From Candidatus Limnocylindrales bacterium (lineage in GTDB: Bacteria; Chloroflexota; Limnocylindria; Limnocylindrales; CSP1-4): a stretch of DNA of 64,000 nucleotides. Positions within the stretch are counted from its first letter, which is position 1. Each line of letters begins with the position of its first letter. This document shows positions 37,824 through 48,093 of this stretch, in pieces. The notes beneath the pieces are model-generated. The model was given only the letters and a program-made list of their open reading frames with translations. It made no database searches and was not told the origin of the DNA. The DNA is taken from positions 5,554-69,553 of the forward strand of contig DASSII010000100.1 in the NCBI GenBank assembly GCA_035692005.1, in the 5' to 3' direction. The position numbers and the translations under genes were made by a program.

Positions 37824-40189
37824 GTCCAGTCGCGGATCTCGACCGGGTCCTCGCCGTGCTCGCGCGCGTAGGCGCGGGCCTGCAGCCGGGCGTCGGAGAA
37901 CTGCTGGCGGAGCGCCGCCGCCCGCGATCCCAGGCCGGGCACCCGGTCGATGACGTCCATCGCCAGATGGAATCGGTCGAGGTCGTTGCGCATGACCATG
38001 TCGAACGGCGTGGTGACCGTGCCCTCCTCCTTGTAGCCGCGGACATGCAGGTTGTCGTGGTTCGTGCGCCGGTAGGCCAATCGGTGGATGAGCCACGGGT
38101 AGCCGTGGTAGGCGAACAGGATCGGCTTGTCGGTCGTGAAGATCGCGTCGAAGTCGCGGCTCGGCAGCCCGTGTGGGTGCTCCTTCTCGTCCTGCAGGCG
38201 CATCAGGTCGACGACGTTGACGAACCGGATGCGGAGTTCGGGCAGGTGCTCGCGCAGGAGCGCCACCGCGCCGAGCGCTTCGAGGGTCGGCGTATCGCCG
38301 CACGCGGCGATGACCACGTCGGGATCGCCAGCGTCGTTGCTCGCCCAGTCCCAGATGCCGAGGCCCCGGGTGCAGTGCAGGATGGCGTCGTCCATGGACA
38401 GGTAGGTCAGCGCGGGCTGCTTGCCGGCGACGATGACGTTGACATAGTCCCGGCTGCGCAGGCAGTGGTCGGCCACCGACAGGAGAGTGTTGGTGTCGGG
38501 CGGCAGGTAGACCCGGATGACCTCGGCCTTCTTGTTGACGACGTGGTCGATGAAGCCTGGGTCCTGGTGGCTGAAGCCGTTGTGATCCTGGCGCCAGACA
38601 TGGCTCGTGAGCAGGTAGTTGAGCGACGCGATCGGGCGTCGCCACGGGATCTCGCGGGTCATCTTCAGCCACTTGGCGTGCTGGTTGAACATCGAGTCGA
38701 CCACGTGGATGAACGCCTCGTAGCAGCTGAACAGCCCGTGCCGGCCGGTCAGCAGGTAGCCCTCCAGCCAGCCCTGGCAGAGGTGCTCGGACAGGACCTC
38801 CATGACCCGTCCGTCCGGTGCCAGGTGCTCGTCGGTCGGACGCGTCTCGGCGATCCAGGTCCGATCGGTCGCCTCGAACACGGCGTCGAGGCGGTTGGAG
38901 CTGGTCTCGTCCGGGCCGAACAGCCGGAACGTCGCCGGGTTCTCGGTGATGACGTCGCGCAGGAAGGTGCCCAGCACGCGGGTCGCCTCGCTGCTGGCGG
39001 TCGCGGGATGCTCCACGTCGACCGCGTAGTCGCGGAAGTCGGGCAGGCGCAGGTCGCGCAGCAGGGCGCCGCCGTTGGCGTGTGGGTTGGCGCTCATCCG
39101 CCGCGGGCCGACCGGCGGCAGCGCGGCCAGTTCGGGACGGAGCGCGCCCGCCTCGTCGAACAGCTCGTCCGGGCGATACGACCGCATCCAGTCCTCGAGC
39201 TGGGCCAGATGCGCCGGGTTCTGGCGGACATCGGACAGCGGCACCTGGTGTGACCGCCAGGTGCCCTCCATCGGCTTGCCGTCGACCACCTTGGGGCCCG
39301 TCCAGCCCTTCGGCGTGCGCAGCACGATCATCGGCCAGCGCGGCCGCTCGAGCGAACCCTCCCGGGCTCGAGCCTTGATGGCGGCGATGTCGTCGAGCAC
39401 CGCGTCGAGCACGTCGGCCAACGCCCGGTGGACGAACGCCGGATCATCGCCGGCCACGACGTACGGCGCGTAGCCGTAGCCTTCGAGCAGGCTCGTCAGC
39501 TCCGCGTCGGGGATCCGGTCGAGCACCGTCGGGTTGGCGATCTTGTAGCCGTTGAGGGCCAGGATCGGGATGACCGTGCCGTCGACCTGGGGGTCGAGGA
39601 ACTTGTTGGCGTGCCAGCTGGCGGCCAGCGGCCCGGTCTCTGCTTCGCCGTCGCCGATGACGCAGAACACGATCAGATCCGGGTTGTCGAACGCGGCTCC
39701 ATAGGCGTGCACGAGCGCGTAGCCGAGCTCGCCGCCCTCGTGGATGGAGCCCGGCGTCTCGGGCGTGACATGGCTGCCGATGCCGCCGGGGAACGAGAAC
39801 TGCCGGAACAGGCGGGCCATCCCCTCCTCGTCGGCGGTCAGGTCCGGATAGACCTCGCCCTCCGTCCCGTCGAGGTAGGCGTTCGCGACCGCGGCCGGGC
39901 CGCCATGGCCCGGCCCGACGATCCACATCGCATCGAGGTCGCGGGCCTTGATGACCCGGTTGGCGTGGACGTACACCAGGTTGAGCCCGGGCGTGGTGCC
40001 CCAATGGCCGAGCAGCCGCGGCTTGATGTGCTCCGGTCGCAGCGGCTCGCGCAGGAGCGGGTTGGCAAGGAGGTAGATCTGGCCGACGGACAGGTAGTTG
40101 GCGGCCCGCCAGTACGCGTCGATCCGGGCGAGCTCGTCGTCGGTCGCCGCGGGCCGTGCGGCCTCGGGCTTGGCTGCGGTGGAGACCAT
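37811..40189 (-). CDS. xfp: Xylulose-5-phosphate/fructose-6-phosphate phosphoketolase
   Basis: ATG at 40189. Motifs [28 protein letters not shown] and EGGELGYAL are present. 792 aa, as expected for phosphoketolase. Confidence 0.9.
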   Translation of the reverse strand: MVSTAAKPEAARPAATDDELARIDAYWRAANYLSVGQIYLLANPLLREPLRPEHIKPRLLGHWGTTPGLNLVYVHANRVIKARDLDAMWIVGPGHGGPAAVANAYLDGTEGEVYPDLTADEEGMARLFRQFSFPGGIGSHVTPETPGSIHEGGELGYALVHAYGAAFDNPDLIVFCVIGDGEAETGPLAASWHANKFLDPQVDGTVIPILALNGYKIANPTVLDRIPDAELTSLLEGYGYAPYVVAGDDPAFVHRALADVLDAVLDDIAAIKARAREGSLERPRWPMIVLRTPKGWTGPKVVDGKPMEGTWRSHQVPLSDVRQNPAHLAQLEDWMRSYRPDELFDEAGALRPELAALPPVGPRRMSANPHANGGALLRDLRLPDFRDYAVDVEHPATASSEATRVLGTFLRDVITENPATFRLFGPDETSSNRLDAVFEATDRTWIAETRPTDEHLAPDGRVMEVLSEHLCQGWLEGYLLTGRHGLFSCYEAFIHVVDSMFNQHAKWLKMTREIPWRRPIASLNYLLTSHVWRQDHNGFSHQDPGFIDHVVNKKAEVIRVYLPPDTNTLLSVADHCLRSRDYVNVIVAGKQPALTYLSMDDAILHCTRGLGIWDWASNDAGDPDVVIAACGDTPTLEALGAVALLREHLPELRIRFVNVVDLMRLQDEKEHPHGLPSRDFDAIFTTDKPILFAYHGYPWLIHRLAYRRTNHDNLHVRGYKEEGTVTTPFDMVMRNDLDRFHLAMDVIDRVPGLGSRAAALRQQFSDARLQARAYAREHGEDPVEIRDWTWPY

Positions 40190-40250
40190 CGTGCCACCTC
40201 GTTGGATCGGTGCGTCGGGCGTGGCCCTCCAGCCTACTGCGACGCGAGGT

Positions 40251-40661
40251 TCAGGACGAGGGAACGATGACGACCCGACAGGCCGCCTCCTCGGCGACAT
40301 GCGACGACACGCTGCCGAGCAGTAGCCGGCTGAGGTTTCGACGCCGTCGCGAGCCGAGGACGACGACGTCGGCCCGCTCCGTCCAGGCGGCCTCGAGGAT
40401 GGCCTCGCCAGGATCGCCGTGCCACACGACCGAAGTGGCGCTGACACCGGCCGCCCGGGCGCGCTCGGCGATCGCGCCGGCGCCAGCCTCGAGGCGGGCC
40501 CGGTCTCGATGCGAACGGGCGACCGACAGCACGATGAGGACCGCGCCGTGCCCGCGCGCCAGCTCGATGGCCTCGTCCGCGGCGCGGCGCGACGGACGCT
40601 CGAGATCGGTCGCGAGGAGGACGTGCCGGATCGGCGCAGGATGACGCTTCATCGCTGACAT
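40251..40661 (-). CDS. Universal stress protein (single USP domain)
   Basis: Motifs HVLLATDLE... and [35 protein letters not shown] are present. Confidence 0.8.
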   Translation of the reverse strand: MSAMKRHPAPIRHVLLATDLERPSRRAADEAIELARGHGAVLIVLSVARSHRDRARLEAGAGAIAERARAAGVSATSVVWHGDPGEAILEAAWTERADVVVLGSRRRRNLSRLLLGSVSSHVAEEAACRVVIVPSS

Positions 40662-40713
40662 GGTCGCTCATCCGAGCGTCCGCGCGCCAGTCGCCAGGCG
40701 GCACGCAGACGGC

Positions 40714-40743
40714 GGGCCGACCGGCCCGTGGGTCGGTCGGCCC
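40714..40743 (-). terminator. GC-rich hairpin downstream of the flavodoxin-like gene (possible intrinsic terminator, no U-tract)
   Basis: 10-nt perfect inverted repeat gggccgaccg / cggtcggccc separated by 10 nt. Confidence 0.35.
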
Positions 40744-40779
40744 GAGTGCCTCCTCCGGGGATGCGGTGTCGGGCGACGG

Positions 40780-41286
40780 TCAGGCCGTCGCGACGGGCGT
40801 GGCGGCAAGCTGGTTCGCGATGTCGCCGACCCACTCGGTGATGTCGGGCCACGGCCGGAAGTCGCCGTACGGCGCCCGCACGCCCTTGACGATCAGCCGC
40901 TCGCCCAGGCCGAGGTCGCTGCCGACCAGCCGACCCGGGAAGACCCGGTGGTCGAGCGCGTGGGTGGTCTCGATCAGCGCCGCCGCATCGACCGGGTCGA
41001 CTTCGGGCTTTGCCGGGTCGCCGAGCGGTCCGCTCGAGTAGAGCCACACGCGACGCGTCGCGAAGGCCGGCGCGAAGCGCTCCACGAACGCCTTGGCCGG
41101 CTCCAGCCAGCGCCCCAGATAGACACCGCTGCCCAGCACGATCGCCTCGACGCCGTCGAGCGTCGTGACGTCCTCGGGCTCGCGGACCTCGGCCTCGATG
41201 CCGCGGTCGGTGAGGATGCCGGCGATGACGTGGGCGATCTCCATCGTCGATCCGTGCCGGCTGGATGCGCTGACCAGGACGGTCAT
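40780..41286 (-). CDS. Flavodoxin-like fold protein (HemG/Flavodoxin_5 type)
   Basis: N-terminus MTVLVSASSRHGSTMEIAHVIAG is typical of FMN-binding flavodoxin-like proteins. 168 aa. GAAGGAG Shine-Dalgarno. Confidence 0.7.
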   Translation of the reverse strand: MTVLVSASSRHGSTMEIAHVIAGILTDRGIEAEVREPEDVTTLDGVEAIVLGSGVYLGRWLEPAKAFVERFAPAFATRRVWLYSSGPLGDPAKPEVDPVDAAALIETTHALDHRVFPGRLVGSDLGLGERLIVKGVRAPYGDFRPWPDITEWVGDIANQLAATPVATA

Positions 41287-41308
41287 CGGTCGTGCTCCTT
41301 CTCGCGGA

Positions 41309-41352
41309 TCGAGCGGCGCCGTTCGAACGTGAGGTCGGTCGAGCGGCGCCGT
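41309..41352 (-). promoter_or_regulatory. Perfect 14-nt direct repeat (tcgagcggcgccgt x2, 30-nt period) upstream of the flavodoxin-like gene
   Basis: Copies lie at 41309..41322 and 41339..41352, which is 23-66 nt upstream of the start codon at 41286. Confidence 0.3.
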
Positions 41353-41409
41353 CCATGCCGATGCTCGTCGGGCGGGGCCGCCCCGGGCAGGGCCGATGGG
41401 CCCGAAGGA

Positions 41410-41438
41410 CGGCGCCCAACGGCCCGTTGCGGGCGCCG
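41410..41438 (-). terminator. Hairpin immediately downstream of the tandem-USP gene
   Basis: cggcgccc (41410..41417) pairs with gggcgccg (41431..41438), with an inner aacg/cgtt pairing. It lies 7 nt after the stop codon. No U-tract. Confidence 0.4.
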
Positions 41439-41444
41439 GGCGAC

Positions 41445-42401
41445 TCAGGACGTCGTCGCGACCGAGTCGGCGGCGTCGGTGGTGTCGATCGCGGGGCTGC
41501 CGCCGTGGTGTCCCGGGCGGACGACGAGCACCGACATCGGGGCGTGATGGAGCACGTCCCGCGACACGCTGCCGAGCAGCAGGCGCTTGACGACCCCCAG
41601 TCCGCGGGTGCCGATGACGATGATGTCGGCCCGCCAGGCGGTCGCTTCGGCGACGATCGTCGAGGCCACGTCACCGCCGCGGTCCTTGGCATCGGCCGTG
41701 ACGTGCTCGGACCGGAGTCGGGCGGCCGTGTCGGCGGCCGCCTTGGCCGCATGCCCGTGCGCGATGTCGATCACGTCGCCGTACGCCTCGAGCGCCGCAA
41801 GGCCGTCGACCGGTGACAGGCCGGTCCACCACGGCATCCCCGGGTCGACCACGCTGACGACCCGCAGCTCCGCGTCGGCGAACAGCCCGGAGTCCGCCAC
41901 GAACGCCGCCGCCTGGCCGGCCGTCGGCGAGCCGTCGGTGGCGACGAGGACGCGATCGGACCCGTCGCCGCGCACGACCAGGACAGGGCACGGCGCGTGG
42001 TCGACCACCTCCGACGAGACTGACCCGAGGAGCAAGCGCGCCACCGCGCTCTGCCCCCGCGCACCGACGATGACGAGGTCCGCACCGAACCGCTCCGCGT
42101 GGTGCAGGATCTCCGATGCCGGGCGACCCGATCCGACGCGCACGATGACCGTGCGACCCTCGCCCTCGACTGATCTGGCGAGGTCCTCGAGCCGGATGCG
42201 GACCTCGTTTCGGGCGCGCTCGAGGGCCTCGGGCGACTCGACCACCACCACCGCCGGCCATGCGCCGCCGTACAGGTCGTTGTCGTCAGCGATCACGGTC
42301 AGCAACTCGATCGTGGTGGCGAGAGGCAGGTGCAGGCGCTGGACGGCGGCGACCGCGGTCATCGACGCATCCGAGCCGTCGACGGCGAGCAGGATGTTCA
42401 T
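41445..42401 (-). CDS. Tandem-domain universal stress protein
   Basis: ATG at 42401. Two USP modules, each ending in the G-x2-G-x9-G(S/T) type motif ([19 protein letters not shown]; [19 protein letters not shown]). Confidence 0.8.
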   Translation of the reverse strand: MNILLAVDGSDASMTAVAAVQRLHLPLATTIELLTVIADDNDLYGGAWPAVVVVESPEALERARNEVRIRLEDLARSVEGEGRTVIVRVGSGRPASEILHHAERFGADLVIVGARGQSAVARLLLGSVSSEVVDHAPCPVLVVRGDGSDRVLVATDGSPTAGQAAAFVADSGLFADAELRVVSVVDPGMPWWTGLSPVDGLAALEAYGDVIDIAHGHAAKAAADTAARLRSEHVTADAKDRGGDVASTIVAEATAWRADIIVIGTRGLGVVKRLLLGSVSRDVLHHAPMSVLVVRPGHHGGSPAIDTTDAADSVATTS

Positions 42402-42524
42402 GGTCGAGCACCTCCTGGACACATGGTGCGCCGATTCGTGCCCTACCGAACAGGGCCCGGAGCACTGCGGAGCGGGTGACCCTCGGCCCCATCCGCAGGG
42501 ATCGCGACATGCGAGCATGTCGAG

Positions 42525-45110
42525 ATGCGTGATCAGCCGCCGGAGGCCGAGCCGGTCGATCCCGGCCGGTCGGTCGCGCAGTCCGACGCCCATGCCCGAC
42601 CCGTCGCCGACGTGCTCGCGCAGATCGGCGTCGATCCCGCCAGCGGGCTGAGCGCCCCGGACATCGTCCGTCGCCGCGCCACGGCGGGCACCAACGAGCT
42701 GGCTACCCAGGAGCGCCCGAGCGTCCTCGGCATGATCCGCGAGGCGATGACGGAGCCGTTCGTCCTGCTCCTGTTCGTCGCCGGGATCCTGGCGATGATC
42801 GTCGGCGAGGTCCGCGACGGCCTGCTGGTGCTGGTCGGCCTCGTCCCGATCGTCGGCGCGGACGTGCTGACCACGTTCCGCTCGGAGAACGCCCTCGAAT
42901 CCCTGCGCCAGGCCGCGGCGCCACGTGCCCGCGTCCGTCGCGACCGCCAGGTCGAGGACGTCCTGGCCGCGGATCTCGTGCCCGGCGACATGGTCCTCAT
43001 CCAGACCGGCGAGATCGTGCCGGCGGACCTGCGCCTGACACGCGCCGAGGCGCTGCTCATCGATCGGAGCATGCTGACCGGCGAATCCATCCCCGAGCCG
43101 GGGACGACGACGCCCGACCCGCCAGACGCGGCGATGGCCGATCGGCATGCACTGGCCTACGCCGGGACGGCGGTGGTCAGCGGACGCGCCGAGGGCGTGG
43201 TCGTCGCGACGGGACCGGCCACCGAGGTCGGCCGGATCGCACGCGACCTCGCGGTGACCGAGCGCCGCCGGTCGCCGCTCCAGCGCGAGCTCGACCGTCT
43301 CGTCCGGATCCTGCTGGTCGTCGCCGTCGGCCTCATCCTCATCACCACCGGCCTCGGCTTCGTGCGCGGCCATCCGCTCGGCGCCAACGTGCTGGCCGGG
43401 ATCTCGGCGGCCATCGCGGCCATCCCCGAGGAGCCACCGGTCCTGCTCGCCGTCGTGCTGGGCCTCGGGGCGTATCGCCTGCTCCGGCGGGGCGTCCTCG
43501 TCCGCCGGCTGAGCGCCGAGGAGACGCTCGGCGCGGTCGACCTGATCGTCACGGACAAGACCGGGACGTTGACCGAGAACCGCCTCGCCCTGCGTGACGT
43601 GTTGCGACCGGATGGGGCCGTGGTCGATCCCGCGGTCCGGGCCGATATCGTCCGGCTCGCCCTGCGCGCCGAAGAGGACGCCTGGCATCTCGATGACGGC
43701 ACCCGGCCGGGGTCGTTCAGTCGGGCGCTCCTGGCCGCCATCGGGGCGGACGATCCCGGCGCACGGCCGGACCCGGCGGACCTTGTCGCCGGCGAGGGGC
43801 CGACCGACGGCCACCCGTACTCGCTGACCTGGTCACGTCGCGGCGGCGCCACGGAAGGGCAGGTCATCGGGGCACCCGAGATCGTGCTGGGGTTGACGCT
43901 CGACCGGGGCGTCGATCGCGCGGCATGGATGGCCGTCGTCGATGCCGAGGCCGGGCAGGGGGGCCGGCTCCTGCTCCTCGCTCGGGCCACCACGCCGCGC
44001 GATGGCGACCAGCCGGTGCGCTGGTCGCCGGTCGCCGTCCTCGCCTTCGCCGATCCGATCCGGGCGGACGTCCCGGCGGCCATCGGCCTCGCCAGGCGAG
44101 CCGGCATCCAGACCATCGTGGTGACCGGCGACCACCCCGCCACCGCCGTGACGATCGCTCGGGCCGCCGGCATCGATGCCGATGATGTCGTCGTCGGGAC
44201 GGACCTGGCGGGCTGGTCCGACGCCGAGCTGACCGACCGTCTGGCGGCCATGTCGGTGGTCGCCCGGGCGGTGCCCGAGGACAAGTTGCGGCTCGTGGAC
44301 GTGGCGAGGGCGGCCGGACGGACCGTCGCGGTCACCGGCGACGGCGTCAACGATGCACCGGCCTTGCAGCACGCCGACGTCGCGGTGGCGATGGGCAGTG
44401 GTACGGCGGTCGCCCGCGAGGCCTCGGACCTGGTCCTCGGCGACGACTCGTTCGCGACCCTGATGTATGGCCTGCGCGAGGGGCGACGCATCGTCGCCAA
44501 CGTCCAGAAGGGCCTCGTGTTCGTCGTATCGACCCACGTCGCGCTGCTCGGGTTCATCCTCATCGCCACCATCGCCGGGTTCTCGCAACCGCTGCTGCCG
44601 ATCCAGATCCTGTGGCTCGAGCTGTTCATCGACCTTGCCACATCGGTCGCGTTTGAACGGGAGCCCGAGGAGCCTGGCGCGATGGACCGACCGCCGCGCC
44701 GGCGCGATCGACCGTTGCTGACGGGCTCCCTGCTGGCCCGCATCAGCCTGGCCGGCGGTTTCAGTGCGGTGGCAGCGCTGATCCTGATGCTGACCCATGA
44801 CGGCACCCCGGACCACGTGCGCTGGCTGGCCTACACGTCGCTGGTCGTCGCCCAGATCGTTCGCGCCTACGCCAACCGCAGCCTGGAGCGGCCGGTCACC
44901 TCGCTGCGACCGAACGGCCTGCTGGCCGGGGCGATCGTCATGGTCCTGCTCGCGCAACTCGCCATCCCGGCGGTCCCGGTGTTGGCGGACGCGTTTCGGG
45001 CCACGCCGCTCGATGCCACGGATTGGACGTTGGTGGCGGCCATCGCCCTGGGGCCAGCCGTGCTGGCCGAGGTCCTTCGGCGCACCACCGGGCGGGTCTG
45101 GGTCGCCTGA
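42525..45110 (+). CDS. Cation-transporting P-type ATPase (P2-type, Ca2+/Mg2+-like; CtpF-like)
   Basis: Motifs DKTGTLTENRL, TGDGVNDAPAL and TGES are present. N-terminal cation-ATPase domain and 10-TM architecture. Confidence 0.9.
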   Translation: MRDQPPEAEPVDPGRSVAQSDAHARPVADVLAQIGVDPASGLSAPDIVRRRATAGTNELATQERPSVLGMIREAMTEPFVLLLFVAGILAMIVGEVRDGLLVLVGLVPIVGADVLTTFRSENALESLRQAAAPRARVRRDRQVEDVLAADLVPGDMVLIQTGEIVPADLRLTRAEALLIDRSMLTGESIPEPGTTTPDPPDAAMADRHALAYAGTAVVSGRAEGVVVATGPATEVGRIARDLAVTERRRSPLQRELDRLVRILLVVAVGLILITTGLGFVRGHPLGANVLAGISAAIAAIPEEPPVLLAVVLGLGAYRLLRRGVLVRRLSAEETLGAVDLIVTDKTGTLTENRLALRDVLRPDGAVVDPAVRADIVRLALRAEEDAWHLDDGTRPGSFSRALLAAIGADDPGARPDPADLVAGEGPTDGHPYSLTWSRRGGATEGQVIGAPEIVLGLTLDRGVDRAAWMAVVDAEAGQGGRLLLLARATTPRDGDQPVRWSPVAVLAFADPIRADVPAAIGLARRAGIQTIVVTGDHPATAVTIARAAGIDADDVVVGTDLAGWSDAELTDRLAAMSVVARAVPEDKLRLVDVARAAGRTVAVTGDGVNDAPALQHADVAVAMGSGTAVAREASDLVLGDDSFATLMYGLREGRRIVANVQKGLVFVVSTHVALLGFILIATIAGFSQPLLPIQILWLELFIDLATSVAFEREPEEPGAMDRPPRRRDRPLLTGSLLARISLAGGFSAVAALILMLTHDGTPDHVRWLAYTSLVVAQIVRAYANRSLERPVTSLRPNGLLAGAIVMVLLAQLAIPAVPVLADAFRATPLDATDWTLVAAIALGPAVLAEVLRRTTGRVWVA

Positions 45111-45191
45111 GGGCCGGGTCCGGGCCGGGTCGAGGGGCACGATCGATCGGTACGTTCGGCACTGCCGAGGTGACCCACGCGCGGGCACGCT

Positions 45192-45722
45192 GTGGCCATG
45201 GAGCCAGCCATCCGCCTGCCGAACGACATCACGATCCGCGCCATCGCGCCCGCTGACCGCGCCGGGCTGCGCCGGTTCTACGGCGAGCTCTCGCGGGACA
45301 GCCTCAACGCCCGCTTCCACGGCGCCACCCGCGGCATCGCCGATCCCGTGGCCCGCTTCTTCTGCGGGCCCGACCACGAGCATCGTGAAGGGCTCGTCGC
45401 CGAGATCGCCCGGGCCGAAGGCGGGCCGCGGATCGTCGGCCACCTGTGCCTCGAGCCCCTCGCCGACGGCGAGGTCGAGATGGCCATCGCCGTCGCCGAC
45501 GCATGGCAGGGTCAGGGCATCGGCCGGGCGTTGCTGGCAACGTCGATCGCCTGGGCTCGGCTCCACGGTGTCACCCGGCTGCGAGCCTCGATGCTGTGGA
45601 GCAACGCGGCGATCCTCGGGCTGCTGCGCTCGGTCGGCCGACCGCTGACGGTGCGCGCCTCGGACGACGGCGACCTCGAGGCCGTCATCGACGTGCGCGA
45701 CCCGGTGCCGACAGCGGCCTGA
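45192..45722 (+). CDS. GNAT-family N-acetyltransferase
   Basis: Acetyl-CoA-binding motif WQGQGIGRALL. 176 aa. Confidence 0.75.
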   Translation: MAMEPAIRLPNDITIRAIAPADRAGLRRFYGELSRDSLNARFHGATRGIADPVARFFCGPDHEHREGLVAEIARAEGGPRIVGHLCLEPLADGEVEMAIAVADAWQGQGIGRALLATSIAWARLHGVTRLRASMLWSNAAILGLLRSVGRPLTVRASDDGDLEAVIDVRDPVPTAA

Positions 45723-45775
45723 ACCCGGGCACCGGCCGGCGTTGCTCTCGGACGGGCCGCGTCGGCCCGCTTCCC

Positions 45776-46810
45776 TCAGAACATCTCGTCGAGCGACACC
45801 AGGTCGTAGCCGGCCTCGCGCAGGCCCGCCACGATGCGCGGCAACGCCTCCAACGTGTGGTACCCGCCGAGGTGCATCAGGACGATCGAACCGCCCTCGG
45901 CCTTGGCGAGGACCTTCGTGACGATCTCGTCCGCGGTCGGGCCGGGCGGATCGTTGCGGACGGGGCGCCAGTCGATCGTGTCGACGTCCCAGGTCACGGT
46001 GTAGCGGTAGCCGGCCGCACCGACAGCGGCGAGGACGTCGGCGTCGTACCCGCCGTTGGGCGGCCGGAAGAACGGTCGCGGGTCCTGCGAGCAGGCCGTC
46101 CGCAGGGCGGTCGCGGTCCGCTGGAGCTCGGACCGGATGTCGGCCCGGGTCAACGTCCGGAAGTCCCGATGCGTGTACGAGTGGTTGCCGAGGGTCAGCA
46201 GGCCCGGGTGGGCTTCGATCCGCTCGAGGACGACGCGGCCGGCGTCGGTCGCGGTGTTGTCGGCCATCGCCCCGGTCATGAACACCGAGGCGTGCACGTC
46301 ATGAGCGATCAGGTAGTCGACGATGGCGACCGCATCGCCGACGCGCCCGCCCATATCGAACGTGAGGGCGATCTGGTCACGGTCGCGCGGTCCATGTCGC
46401 AACAGCCGGCTGGCGGGGATCGCGGTGGGCTTGGGCGTGGGGATCGGGGTGGGTCGTGCGGTCGGCCGCGGCGTCGGGGTGGGTCGCGGAGTGGGAGTGG
46501 GCCGTGCGGTCGGCCGCGGCGTCGGACTGGGGGTCGGCGTGAGGCGCGGAGTCGCCGTCGGCTCCGGGGTCGGGGTCGGTGATGCGGTCGGAGTCGGTGA
46601 TGCGGTCGGCGTCGCGGGCGCGGTCGGCGTGCCCGTCGACCCCTGGCTGGGCGACGGGCTGGACGATGCCGGCGGCGACGGGCTGGGCGGCGAGCCGAGG
46701 CACGCGGCGACGAGGACCGCGGTCAGCCCGAGTGCAAGCCTCGCGGCGCGTCGACGACCCGTCGCCTCAGCGCGCGATGACGACGGTCGCCCCCGTGTGC
46801 GTCGCCACAT
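45776..46810 (-). CDS. Secreted polysaccharide deacetylase (NodB/CE4) lipoprotein with a Pro/Thr-rich linker
   Basis: Lipobox ([11 protein letters not shown]), a long PT-repeat linker, then NodB motifs LTFDMGG, HSYTH and RPPNGGY. The start is uncertain; the ATG at 46810 would overlap the upstream USP gene by 44 nt. Confidence 0.7.
   Translation of the reverse strand: MWRRTRGRPSSSRAEATGRRRAARLALGLTAVLVAACLGSPPSPSPPASSSPSPSQGSTGTPTAPATPTASPTPTASPTPTPEPTATPRLTPTPSPTPRPTARPTPTPRPTPTPRPTARPTPIPTPKPTAIPASRLLRHGPRDRDQIALTFDMGGRVGDAVAIVDYLIAHDVHASVFMTGAMADNTATDAGRVVLERIEAHPGLLTLGNHSYTHRDFRTLTRADIRSELQRTATALRTACSQDPRPFFRPPNGGYDADVLAAVGAAGYRYTVTWDVDTIDWRPVRNDPPGPTADEIVTKVLAKAEGGSIVLMHLGGYHTLEALPRIVAGLREAGYDLVSLDEMF
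46455..46525 (-). repeat. Coding tandem repeat (48-nt period) within the Pro/Thr linker of the deacetylase
   Basis: A 23-nt perfect copy, cgtgcggtcggccgcggcgtcgg, occurs at 46455..46477 and at 46503..46525. It encodes the repeated [11 protein letters not shown]. Confidence 0.8.
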
Positions 46811-47168
46811 GCTCCGAGACACTCCCCTGGAGCAGCCGCGACACGGCACCGAGGCCACGGGAGCCGACGACCACGGTGTCGAAATGACCGCTCGTCGCGA
46901 TCCGCTCGATCGCCTTGGCCGGGTCGCCGGCCGGCTCGAGCATCTCGGCGTCGACGCCGTGCTCGCCCAGGATCTGTCGGGCTTCGAGCAGCTGCTCTGC
47001 ATGCGCGGTGCGGTCATCCCACGGATCCATCGGGCTGCGACCCGGGTGCATGGGCACGACGCTCACGACCGAGAGCGCCCCATCGAACCGCTTGGTGAGA
47101 TCGATCGCGAGCTCCAGGGCTCGCTTGGCGGGCGGCTGTCCGTCGTACGCCACCAGGATGTTCTTCAT
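46767..47168 (-). CDS. Universal stress protein (single USP domain)
   Basis: Motifs [10 protein letters not shown]... and [33 protein letters not shown] are present. Confidence 0.8.
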   Translation of the reverse strand: MKNILVAYDGQPPAKRALELAIDLTKRFDGALSVVSVVPMHPGRSPMDPWDDRTAHAEQLLEARQILGEHGVDAEMLEPAGDPAKAIERIATSGHFDTVVVGSRGLGAVSRLLQGSVSEHVATHTGATVVIAR

Positions 47169-47370
47169 GTCCGAACTCCTCTCGGGGTCATGCGTCGGGA
47201 CCGGGCCGCCGGCCGGGGGGCCGGACGGCCCTGGTCACGGCTGCCTCATGGCCCACCCGGGTCCACTCAGGTGCCGTTCGATGACGATCGTCGCGCGCGG
47301 CCGCCCACAGCGACAGGGCCGGGCGGCTCCAACGGACCGGGCGGACCGGCACATTCGATGGCCCGCCCGG

Positions 47371-48093
47371 TCAGGTCCGTCCGATGTGCTCGAGCAGGCG
47401 TCCGCCGTCGTGCCAGGCATCGGGGTGCAGCCGCCGGATCCGATCGGCCTCGACCCGGGCGAGCGCCGCGAACGGTGTCTCGCCGCCGGTCAGCAGGCGG
47501 ACCCGCCGGTAGCGGGCGGTCGCGTCGCGCAGGAAGGCGGCATACCGGGCGAGGGGGGTCGACTCGGCCAGCATCGCCTCGAAGCCGGGCACGTAGTCGA
47601 CAGTCACGAGCAGACGCCCGAAGAAGGCCCCGACGGCGTCGGCACCTTCGTCCCAGCCCTGCGAATGACCGCCGCGGCGGAGGAGCGGCGCGGACGACTG
47701 GAAGCTGACGATGACCGCATCGTCGATCACGTCGGCAGCGCACCAGCCACCGAACGCCAGATACTCGTTGGAGACCCCGAGCCGGTCGGTGATCCGGATC
47801 TCCCCCCACGAGAACTCGGTGTGCAGCGGCATCCTCGAGCGGCGGGTGATGTCGCGCCGGCTGCCACGGGCGGACGTGCTGGCCCAGAACTCGACGAACT
47901 CCGGGTCATAGTGCTCGAACGTCGGAGTGCGACGCAGCGCGACGATGAGCGACGCCGGTCCCGGTCGATCCGGCAGGTCAGGATCGGCCAGAAATCCCCA
48001 GCCGGCCAGCCGATGCGCAGCGACGCGCAGGATCTCGGCGTCCGCACCGGGTGCAGCTGTCTCGACGCGGACGGGCGCGGTGTCCAGCATCAT
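47371..48093 (-). CDS. Hypothetical protein (240 aa), translationally coupled to the hemerythrin-like gene
   Basis: ATG at 48093 overlaps the upstream stop (ATGA). Non-repetitive sequence. No family recognised. Confidence 0.5.
   Translation of the reverse strand: MMLDTAPVRVETAAPGADAEILRVAAHRLAGWGFLADPDLPDRPGPASLIVALRRTPTFEHYDPEFVEFWASTSARGSRRDITRRSRMPLHTEFSWGEIRITDRLGVSNEYLAFGGWCAADVIDDAVIVSFQSSAPLLRRGGHSQGWDEGADAVGAFFGRLLVTVDYVPGFEAMLAESTPLARYAAFLRDATARYRRVRLLTGGETPFAALARVEADRIRRLHPDAWHDGGRLLEHIGRT

Noticed and set aside
42402-42524. DosR-box-like palindrome gccct-accgaac-agggc in the USP / P-type ATPase divergent region
   Set aside because: Half-site sequence and spacing do not match the GGGAC-N4-GTCCC type consensus. 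I could not find the same palindrome upstream of the other USP, hydrogenase or xfp genes by eye, so it needs a proper motif search.
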